From: a virus
IMG/VR virus record: IMGVR_UViG_3300048999_000056
Location: 32,001 to 96,000 of that record
DNA length: 64,000 nucleotides
Direction: 5' to 3' (one strand)
Part shown: positions 56,708 through 64,000 of the stretch, one piece after another
Layout: the number at the start of each line of letters is the position of its first letter
Position numbering within the stretch: the first letter of the stretch is position 1
Program-made: the position numbers and the translations under genes
The notes under the pieces: model-generated
Told to the model about the DNA's origin: nothing
Databases searched by the model: none
What the model saw: the letters and a program-made list of their open reading frames with translations, nothing else

Positions 56708-59503
56708 TCAACATTTTGAGTAGTCGCAGGACAGACAACGGATACAGCCCTGTTCGTGCACGAGAGGCGTTGCGCCGCATCGCGGGCAGCAATCAGCCAT
56801 GCCCGGTTGACCGCGTGTGATAGTCACCGGCACAACACGAGATTCCGCGATCGGTTCCGGTGTGGTCTGCGTCGTGTCGAGCAAACCGAGTGTGCGGAAC
56901 TCTTCTTCGATGATACCACCGATCGCTGCAACGACGCTGTTGCGGTAGCTGTGTTGCTCGGCAATGAATGCACCACCGGTCGGTGCGTGTACAGCCTGCA
57001 GCTCCTGCACCAGAAACCGCACGTCGCCACCACGACGCAGCACGGCGGTCAGCAACCGCGAGAGTGCCTGGACAAACTCGGCATGCTGCACGTCCTTCGT
57101 CGTGATGAACACTTCAAAAGGCGTGTTGTCAACACGGGTTATCGTAACGTAGTAGTTGTCGCCGGTCTGCGGCCACTTCAACTTGTAACGCCGACCGTCC
57201 ACCACGCGCTTCGGCGGCATGACCTCGACGTTTGACTTTGCTGGCTTCTCCATGATCTCGGCAAGGTTCTGCGCGATCTCGATCGTGATCAGATGGCCAA
57301 GTTTCTCCAGTCCATGCGTGGCAAGATCAACCCAGCGCTCCATGGCGATCTTGTCGAACTTCAAATGCTCAAGTGCACCCTGCGTCGTTATATGGTTATA
57401 GCAGGCATACAGCTCAACCGCCATTGTGTTGACAGTATCTTCCGAGAATAGCGGCGCAGGCTTGACCTGTCCAAAGTCGAGCTGCGGTTTCGGATCGTCC
57501 ACCGTGAATGCCTGCTCGCCGGCTTTCTCAGGTTCGCTCTCCGCCAACACCGAACCGCGCCCGGCGGCCGGATCGAACCGGTAGGTGGTGCAGCCCTTGC
57601 AGCCGAGTTCATATGCCATGTCGTAGACGCATTTGAAGTCGTAATATGACATGGCAGTTGGACAGTTGATCGTCTTGGATATCGATGCGTCGATGTATTC
57701 CTGCCAAGCAGCATGAATGCGGACGTGATCCTCAACGCTTATGTCCATGGCGCCGACGAAGTAATCAGGCAGCTCTACGCCAGGGTACATGTAGCGGTAG
57801 AGGTTCGCCGAATACGGTATCGATGTATACTCATGCGCCGATCCGTCCGGCTGCCGCACCTTGCGTTGCGTCGGCTGGAAGGAGAACACCGGTTCGTGGC
57901 CGGATGCGAGGTTGCCGGTGTAGATCGAGATCGTGCCATTCGGTGCGATCGTGTTGAGCACGCCGTTGCGGATGCCGGTGCTGCGTATCTGCTCGACCAG
58001 CATCGCCGGCAGGTCACGGGTGACGTTGTAGCTGCGGCAGAACTCGGCTGAATCGAACAACGGGAATGGACCGCGCTGCTTGGCGAGTTCCGCCGATGCC
58101 CAGTATGACGACACCTTCAACGTTTTGGCCATCTGCCGTGCCAGCTTCACCGATTCATCCGAACCGTAGCGGATACCAAGCTGTATCAACGCGTCGGCGA
58201 AACCGGTCACGCCAAGCCCGATACGGCGCTTCTGCATGGACTCGTCGCTTTGTGATAGAAGCGGATAGTTGCTTTCGTCCAGCACATTATCGAGGAACCG
58301 CACGCCGATCCGCGTTATCTTGTCCAGCAGGTCAAAGTCGAACCGCGCCAACGGTGTGAATGGTTTGTCAACCATGAACGCGAGATTGACCGAGCCGAGA
58401 CAGCAGCAGCCCTCCGGCGGCAACGGCTGCTCTCCGCACGGATTGGTGCAGCGGATATCCTCGCAGTAATTGAGGTTGTTCCGGTCGTTGACGCGGTCAA
58501 TGTAGATCACGCCGGGCTCGGCATATTTGTAGGTTGACTGCATAATGTCTTCCCAGATACGCCGTGCGCTCACACGCCGGTAGACATACCACGGATGTAT
58601 CTCGCCTTGACGCCGGTAGGGGCGCCCGTTTGCAGCGCAAAAATCATCCTCCGAGATCGGCTTGAGATCGTTGTCGTATTCCTGTTCGTTGTAAGGGAAT
58701 CGTCGCATTTGCACGTCAACATGATTGCCATCTGCGCGCGGCTTATGAAAGCCGAGTTCCCACATTTCATCATTCGCGACGGCAGCCAGGAATGCGTCGG
58801 ATACCAGCACGGACACGTTGAAGCCCATCAGCCGGCCTTTCTGGCGCTTCGCCGATATGAAACTCGGGTGTGTCAGGATCGGATCACCGGTAGCCGGGTG
58901 CGGCGCGACCTCGAATTGGCGTTCGTTCCACAGGTCCGGGTGATCGTCGCGCAACGTGCCCATCATGGCGCCGCGCCGCGTGCCAGCCGACATGATGGCG
59001 CTGCACATACCGTCCTGTTGATCCATGAACTGGATCACGCCAGATGCGACCGAACCAGTGCGCGCGACCAGAGCGCCGGCCGGTCTGATCGTGCTGAAGT
59101 CCGTGCCGATGCCGCCGCCTTGCTGCAATGTCAGAGCGCCCCGCGAGATCGCCCACTGGATACCGGGCATGCTGTCCTGCACGGTGCCCATCACGTAGCA
59201 GTTTATCAGCGTCACTGCACGCCCGGTGCCTGCTCCGGCGTTCTCCCGTCCAGCCGGGATGAACAAGCCTTTCTGGACCGCTTCCAGGGCTGCCTCGCGG
59301 GCATCTGACGACGGGTCGGCGATATAGACCGCCTGCACCACGCGCTCACGTGTATCGGCAACCGTCTCTTCGTCGGATGAACCGTCGGGATGCTTCCAGC
59401 GGTACTTGTCATTCCAGATGTCGCGCACCAGCGGATCAGTAGTCAACAAGTTCCGGCGAAATGTCTCCAGGTCGAATTCGGCGGTGGCGACGGTTTCGTT
59501 CAT
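56708..59503 (-). CDS. nrdJ: Class II (B12-dependent) ribonucleotide reductase with C-terminal TSCPD/Zn-ribbon
   Basis: PAGR...GAG, NCY, GGGIG.DFS, RRGA.M, TNPCGEQPL, TIAP.GTIS, ISKTIN, KGCTTYR, CP.CG..GC..C..C.YSKC. Confidence 0.92.
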   Translation of the reverse strand: MNETVATAEFDLETFRRNLLTTDPLVRDIWNDKYRWKHPDGSSDEETVADTRERVVQAVYIADPSSDAREAALEAVQKGLFIPAGRENAGAGTGRAVTLINCYVMGTVQDSMPGIQWAISRGALTLQQGGGIGTDFSTIRPAGALVARTGSVASGVIQFMDQQDGMCSAIMSAGTRRGAMMGTLRDDHPDLWNERQFEVAPHPATGDPILTHPSFISAKRQKGRLMGFNVSVLVSDAFLAAVANDEMWELGFHKPRADGNHVDVQMRRFPYNEQEYDNDLKPISEDDFCAANGRPYRRQGEIHPWYVYRRVSARRIWEDIMQSTYKYAEPGVIYIDRVNDRNNLNYCEDIRCTNPCGEQPLPPEGCCCLGSVNLAFMVDKPFTPLARFDFDLLDKITRIGVRFLDNVLDESNYPLLSQSDESMQKRRIGLGVTGFADALIQLGIRYGSDESVKLARQMAKTLKVSSYWASAELAKQRGPFPLFDSAEFCRSYNVTRDLPAMLVEQIRSTGIRNGVLNTIAPNGTISIYTGNLASGHEPVFSFQPTQRKVRQPDGSAHEYTSIPYSANLYRYMYPGVELPDYFVGAMDISVEDHVRIHAAWQEYIDASISKTINCPTAMSYYDFKCVYDMAYELGCKGCTTYRFDPAAGRGSVLAESEPEKAGEQAFTVDDPKPQLDFGQVKPAPLFSEDTVNTMAVELYACYNHITTQGALEHLKFDKIAMERWVDLATHGLEKLGHLITIEIAQNLAEIMEKPAKSNVEVMPPKRVVDGRRYKLKWPQTGDNYYVTITRVDNTPFEVFITTKDVQHAEFVQALSRLLTAVLRRGGDVRFLVQELQAVHAPTGGAFIAEQHSYRNSVVAAIGGIIEEEFRTLGLLDTTQTTPEPIAESRVVPVTITRGQPGMADCCPRCGATPLVHEQGCIRCLSCDYSKC

Positions 59504-59861
59504 TGTACACCTTCGGTCGGTTGCGTGGTTGATGGACGAGGGGGCCGTAGCGCATGATCGTCGCATGCGCTGCTACGTGCGGATACTGGTAGCCGGTTTC
59601 GGCGCGGTGCTGCTGGGCGAAGTAATACAGCTCACGCGCTTCAGCTTGAAGTACGGCGTTAATGAGAGCGTTGATCGGCATGCGCTGCTCGTGCAGCGCG
59701 AACAGCGTCTCGACGGCCGAGAACTTGCCGGTCGTCTGCATCAGTATCCATCTGAGCTGCGGCGGCAACGCGTCATAGCAGGCGAAGTCCTGCCCGACTG
59801 TATGGTTCCGTTGAGCATGCCTGCGGGCGAGTGACGAATTGCCGTCGTCTTCCTGTGTCAT
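59436..59861 (-). CDS. Hypothetical protein
   Basis: YD.LPP.LR motif. Confidence 0.45.
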   Translation of the reverse strand: MTQEDDGNSSLARRHAQRNHTVGQDFACYDALPPQLRWILMQTTGKFSAVETLFALHEQRMPINALINAVLQAEARELYYFAQQHRAETGYQYPHVAAHATIMRYGPLVHQPRNRPKVYNERNRRHRRIRPGDISPELVDY

Positions 59862-60277
59862 CGGCGCTCCTCGGGCAGTTCGGGTGCCGGTTCAAACAAC
59901 TTGCCGTCCGGTCCGCACGGGTGCCCTTCCGCGCGCATGATATGGCACAGTTCGGGCGATGACTTGCCGTCTACCGGAGAGAGCGTAACCGGATGTCGGC
60001 ATGTAAGATTGTAGCGCTGCGTGTGGCGGTTCTCGATATGCTGACAGTCGATGCAGAGATTTGGCATGTGTTGATCCTCTCGAACTATGATGCCGAAGAC
60101 AGCGACGATCTTTCGCACTGCCTCGAACTCCAACCGCTTGATCTGAATCGAACTTGCCGGCAAGTTCTGATTACCGGCCTGATCGATCGCGGCGCAGGCG
60201 AAGGAGAAGATACGCCGTGCTTTATTCAACGGCGAACTACCCTCTTGCACCAGCCGCATGACTTCTTCATCGGTCAT
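59858..60277 (-). CDS. Hypothetical protein with Cys-rich C-terminus
   Basis: C.DC.H...C...C...R.....CGP.GKLFEP. Confidence 0.5.
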   Translation of the reverse strand: MTDEEVMRLVQEGSSPLNKARRIFSFACAAIDQAGNQNLPASSIQIKRLEFEAVRKIVAVFGIIVREDQHMPNLCIDCQHIENRHTQRYNLTCRHPVTLSPVDGKSSPELCHIMRAEGHPCGPDGKLFEPAPELPEERR

Positions 60278-60728
60278 TTGTCATCCTTTCATATTCAACA
60301 ACACGGCGATAACCCAAGGCGAAGTAGATTTTCGGCGTCGGGCGGATTCGATAGCGCAGGATATCCCAGATCAACGAGGCGCCGATTTCGTGCTCAAGCG
60401 CCCATTGCCGCACGGACACTTTGCGGCACTCACTACGCAACAGCTCGACCAGCTCGGTTTCGTTGAGACGGTGCTTTGTCTTCATAGCCGAGAGGTCAGG
60501 CGCGGTGTCGCGATAGCGTTTCCACAAACAGCGCGCATCGTTCCGTGCAGTCGCAACGTTACCGACCACGGATAACCTCTCCTGTTCTTCCGCACACCGT
60601 CTCGCCTTTGATCGTGTGCAGCGGCCCCGGACAGTCTTCAGCTTGGCATTGCGTAAGTCTGGGGGGCGCGCCCATGCGATCGTCGTCAAATTCGAGAACG
60701 TCACGCTCAACACGGCAGATTTTATGGT

Positions 60729-60974
60729 TCATGTGGGTTTTCCCCCGAAGTAGCAAAGATGGTTATCGTTGAAGCCATAGTCCATCAAACCTACAGGCAA
60801 CATGAACGGCCAGATGAATATCAACAAATACGGTGTTAGCATATCCTTGAGCAGCACGGTCCTAGGATAAGCTGCCGCCTGACACCATCGTTGATCCTTG
60901 ATATCCACTCCTGCTGCTATGATGCCAACAGTCAGATACAACGCCGCCGCGATGGCGCAAGTCCGGCGATTCAT
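60729..60974 (-). CDS. Small membrane protein
   Basis: Two hydrophobic segments. Confidence 0.45.
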   Translation of the reverse strand: MNRRTCAIAAALYLTVGIIAAGVDIKDQRWCQAAAYPRTVLLKDMLTPYLLIFIWPFMLPVGLMDYGFNDNHLCYFGGKPT

Positions 60975-60975
60975 C

Positions 60976-61548
60976 TCAACGCCTGTTCGGATCGATTTGC
61001 AGGGACGCCGCAGAACCGGCGCGCGGTGTCAGCTTGCCGTTGATCTCCTCCATCGGTCGCAGGAATACAGACACCTTGCGTTCTTCGTAAACCGGCGTGA
61101 TCTTGCCTTTCTCGTCAACACACGGAACCCATGTCCCTTCGGCGCTGGATGGACTAAATAGTCCGTTCGGCTCCTGTTGTTCGATCACCGCTGAAGCATA
61201 ATCGCCTCCTGAGCGCCAGCGCCATTCGGCTGCAAGCGGATTTGTCAACTGCGTGCCGTACGGCAACGGGAAGCCGATCGAATCACACTGCCAGAGCACC
61301 TTACCGGTGTACTCGCTCTGCACGACCGAGAACGTGTTGGTAGCTTTCTGCCGGGCGATGTAGATTTGGATCAGCATATGCCGCTCCAGCGACCAGTCGA
61401 AGCTGGGCACTGGTTGATTGCGTAGGAACTGCTGCATCTGGGTGTCTTGTGCCGCGCGCTCGTTCTCAGCCGCGCTCTTGCTGTCGTCACAACCTCCTTG
61501 TGCACCGGTCAGCAAGACGATCAGCGCCAATCCTGTCAGGGCTCGCAT
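60976..61548 (-). CDS. Lipoprotein-like phage protein
   Basis: Signal peptide + GGC; WSLER, SIG.P.PY..QLTNP, EPNGL......GTWV.C. Confidence 0.65.
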   Translation of the reverse strand: MRALTGLALIVLLTGAQGGCDDSKSAAENERAAQDTQMQQFLRNQPVPSFDWSLERHMLIQIYIARQKATNTFSVVQSEYTGKVLWQCDSIGFPLPYGTQLTNPLAAEWRWRSGGDYASAVIEQQEPNGLFSPSSAEGTWVPCVDEKGKITPVYEERKVSVFLRPMEEINGKLTPRAGSAASLQIDPNRR

Positions 61549-61563
61549 GTCAACCTCCCGTTT

Positions 61564-61731
61564 TTATGGTGTTTCGACCCATGCATCATGCCAATATGAT
61601 TCCAGTCTCGTGCCTCGCCACGGGTTTGAGCTGACCGGCCAGCCGCTGCGCTTTGCGTCCTGCGCGTGAGCGCGAACGTGGTTCACAACGTCTTGTCGCA
61701 ACTCGCCCTTATCATCGAGGGCTGTATCCAT
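61564..61731 (-). CDS. Rmf-like small protein
   Basis: G.P.SSNPW......W...W. Confidence 0.4.
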   Translation of the reverse strand: MDTALDDKGELRQDVVNHVRAHAQDAKRSGWPVSSNPWRGTRLESYWHDAWVETP

Positions 61732-61733
61732 TA

Positions 61734-62072
61734 TCAGTGGCTCCCCAGGAACGCGCGGATGTCGGGTTGCGTATCGTTGGGGATCAGATCGGCGATCTGA
61801 TGCATCTGTCGGACGATGGCAGCGCGTTGACCGTCGCTCTGCGCATCTTCGTAATCCGAGCGCATCTGGCGCAGTGCGCTTTGCTGCGTCGTGATGTAGC
61901 TGTTGGAGTTGCGTATCATGCCGGTCTGCATCTTGACCTGCCAGGGGAACCACGCCAGATCGAATGCGCGGCTGACAACGGTAGCAGCGCCGGTCAACAA
62001 CATCAGACTGATGATCAATCCGAAAAACCAAACTAGCAGGATACGCATAGCTGAACGTTCTTCCTTGTCCAT
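61734..62072 (-). CDS. Membrane-anchored protein
   Basis: N-terminal transmembrane helix; AAGGAG RBS. Confidence 0.55.
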   Translation of the reverse strand: MDKEERSAMRILLVWFFGLIISLMLLTGAATVVSRAFDLAWFPWQVKMQTGMIRNSNSYITTQQSALRQMRSDYEDAQSDGQRAAIVRQMHQIADLIPNDTQPDIRAFLGSH

Positions 62073-62077
62073 TCTTG

Positions 62078-62260
62078 TCACTCCTTTACGTTGAGAACTT
62101 TCACGGCGGCGTAGGCGATTACTCCAAGCGTCCCGAGGCACAACCCGCATACGGCATAGACGAGGTTGTGCTCGACGGTCACTGCAAGGTAGGTCAACGA
62201 GCCAAACATCATCAACATAACAACGATGATGATGACGGCGCACATGGTTTCGAAGTTCAT
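62078..62260 (-). CDS. Small two-helix membrane protein
   Basis: Hydrophobic; GGAGG RBS. Confidence 0.5.
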   Translation of the reverse strand: MNFETMCAVIIIVVMLMMFGSLTYLAVTVEHNLVYAVCGLCLGTLGVIAYAAVKVLNVKE

Positions 62261-63438
62261 GGCAATGACCTCCGTCGGCGGTGCAGCATGATCTCCGCGG
62301 AGGGCTTGTCGCATTTCTCGGTGATCCGCTTGTACGCCATCTGCACATACTTCGGCGATAGGTCGATCAATGTAGAGTTCCGCGATAGTTGGCTGGCAGC
62401 GAGGCCCGTGGTGCCCGAGCCGGCGAACGGGTCCAGCACACGGCATGGTACGCATTCGGCATCTCGGCAGCTGCAGGAGGGCTGCCAGCCGACCTGTTTC
62501 GACACGTTCTTGTGCACACGTGCGACATCGAGGTCAGGGCGGTCTGGAATGCGCGTATGCCCTTCCCCGAGTGCGTGTCCTGATTGCTTCTTGCCGAGCA
62601 TGACCATGTCGCGCGTGTAGGGCGCACCGCATCGCTCGCAACAACCTTTCTCCGATGTTCCGGCCTTGATGCAGCGGATCGGCAGGTCGATCGGGAACGT
62701 GGCAAAATGTGCTTCGGGATACGGTTCGGCGTTGAGCGGCCAGACATCGCGTAAGTTGTGATTGCCGGTTTCCTCGTGCGAGACGGCAGCTTTATCGTAG
62801 AAGTAATGCGGTTTCTTGCTGAGCATGAAAATCTGCTCGTGTGCATTGCCCGGTCGATCGTTCGCGCTCTCCGGCATCGGGTTGGCTTTCGTCCAGATCA
62901 CTTCGCTGCGCAGATACCAGCCATCGTCACGCAACGCGAATGCGACCATCCATGGAATGCCAACGAGGTCCTTCGGCTTGCCGGGGATCACACGGCGCGG
63001 GTGCGCCTTGTCGTTGAGCATTTCACGCGAAAACCGAAATTTGCCGGCGCGCGTGATTCCCATGTTGACCAATTCTCCGCGCAACTGAGTTGACGGATAC
63101 GCGCCCGAGTAACCGGTCTGGCCTGCATAGCAGTCGCCAAGGTTCAACCAGACCACGCCGCTGTCATGCAGCACGCGGCGGACCTCACGGAATAGCTCGA
63201 CAAGAGAGGCAACATATTCCTCTGGTGAGCCTTCCAGACCGATTTGTCGCTCGACGCCGTAATCACGTAATCCGTAATACGGTGGCGAAGTCACAACGCA
63301 ATGGTGGCTGGCAGTCGGCAGCGCTCTGAGGATGTCGAGCGCGTTGCCCTGGTATATCGTCGCCTTGCCCATCAGCAGATGGAAACCGTCGCTGTGCAAC
63401 AACGGCTGTTCTTCGATATCTTCTTGGTAGAATCCCAT
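62257..63438 (-). CDS. DNA N4-cytosine/N6-adenine methyltransferase (beta class)
   Basis: VTSPPYYGLRDY, WLNLGD, IW.K.NPMPES, HFATFP, LDPFAGSGTT. Confidence 0.9.
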   Translation of the reverse strand: MGFYQEDIEEQPLLHSDGFHLLMGKATIYQGNALDILRALPTASHHCVVTSPPYYGLRDYGVERQIGLEGSPEEYVASLVELFREVRRVLHDSGVVWLNLGDCYAGQTGYSGAYPSTQLRGELVNMGITRAGKFRFSREMLNDKAHPRRVIPGKPKDLVGIPWMVAFALRDDGWYLRSEVIWTKANPMPESANDRPGNAHEQIFMLSKKPHYFYDKAAVSHEETGNHNLRDVWPLNAEPYPEAHFATFPIDLPIRCIKAGTSEKGCCERCGAPYTRDMVMLGKKQSGHALGEGHTRIPDRPDLDVARVHKNVSKQVGWQPSCSCRDAECVPCRVLDPFAGSGTTGLAASQLSRNSTLIDLSPKYVQMAYKRITEKCDKPSAEIMLHRRRRSLP

Positions 63439-63451
63439 TCGCGCTTCCTCT

Positions 63452-63997
63452 CTAAGAACCGGGCAATGCCATGCGCCGTCGCTTCGTCGGTTGCCCCCCG
63501 CCGTTCGACTGAGGGGGCGCCGCGTGTGGATACTGCTTGCCGTCCGAGACATAATGCAGGTTCTCCCGCGCGAGCGCTTCTATGATTTCAGCGGCCTCCG
63601 ACAGCATGATCGACCAGAACTGATTCTTGTGCAGGTCGGCTTGTGCTCGATAGTAGCGCACCATGTCGAACGGATTGCGTGGTGACATTTCGCGGTTCTC
63701 CGAGAACATGATCTCATACATGACGATTTCGCGCTTGGCGTTGCGCCCGATGATACTGTCACCGATCCACTGCGCTGCAGCGCGGGCGGCGCCGAAGTCG
63801 GTAAACGGACCGTGCTGCAGCTTGCCATTGCGGCGGACTGTCCAGTTGATCACGAGGTTATCTCCGTTCTCCAGATCGTCTTGCATGCTCCAGCGTAGAT
63901 TGATCGGCCAGTTGTTCCATGGCAGACCGTCGAGATGTAGCGGACGCTTGCCGTCGATCGCTTCCATAGGATCGTCGTTGAAGGTCGCGCATATCAA
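63452..63997 (-). CDS. Hypothetical protein, possibly truncated by the window edge
   Basis: ORF in operon direction. Confidence 0.4.
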   Translation of the reverse strand: MICATFNDDPMEAIDGKRPLHLDGLPWNNWPINLRWSMQDDLENGDNLVINWTVRRNGKLQHGPFTDFGAARAAAQWIGDSIIGRNAKREIVMYEIMFSENREMSPRNPFDMVRYYRAQADLHKNQFWSIMLSEAAEIIEALARENLHYVSDGKQYPHAAPPQSNGGGQPTKRRRMALPGS

Positions 63998-64000
63998 CGT

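Noticed and set aside
56708-59503. Intein or intron in NrdJ or PolA
   Set aside because: The insertions are short and lack intein splice motifs or LAGLIDADG blocks; reading frames are continuous.
1-64000. Prophage boundaries or an integration module
   Set aside because: No integrase, repressor, att-like junction or host housekeeping gene was recognised; lifestyle cannot be determined from this window.

Overview
This window is 64 kb of a GC-rich (roughly 60% by eye) contractile-tailed phage genome, probably infecting an alphaproteobacterium. No integrase or host genes are visible. The + arm (1-29.25 kb) holds late genes: tail tube, chaperone, tape measure/lysozyme, baseplate, very large FN3/glycoside-hydrolase/SPRY appendage proteins, fibres, a GT9 glycosyltransferase and lysis genes. 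The - arm (29.3-64 kb) holds early and replication genes: SNF2 and DnaB helicases, SbcCD, RuvC, RecA, SSB, clamp loader, UDG-PolA, class II RNR and a DNA methyltransferase. The standout is a candidate RNA-guided system. A stand-alone RAMP/Cas7-like gene (31073-32083) and two small genes are followed by a non-coding array of 21 mutually different units (29257-30263). Read on the minus strand, each unit is built from NN-GGC-type pentamers and ends in GCAGGC, with lengths mostly 5n+4 nt (39/44/49/54). A second 13-unit array with the same grammar lies 25 kb away, upstream of the DNA polymerase (55271-55900). The second highlight is two fibronectin-III domains, each split across adjacent genes, which may chain a baseplate wedge protein to two glycanase-bearing appendage proteins. 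All family assignments come from motif recognition by eye; no database searches were run.
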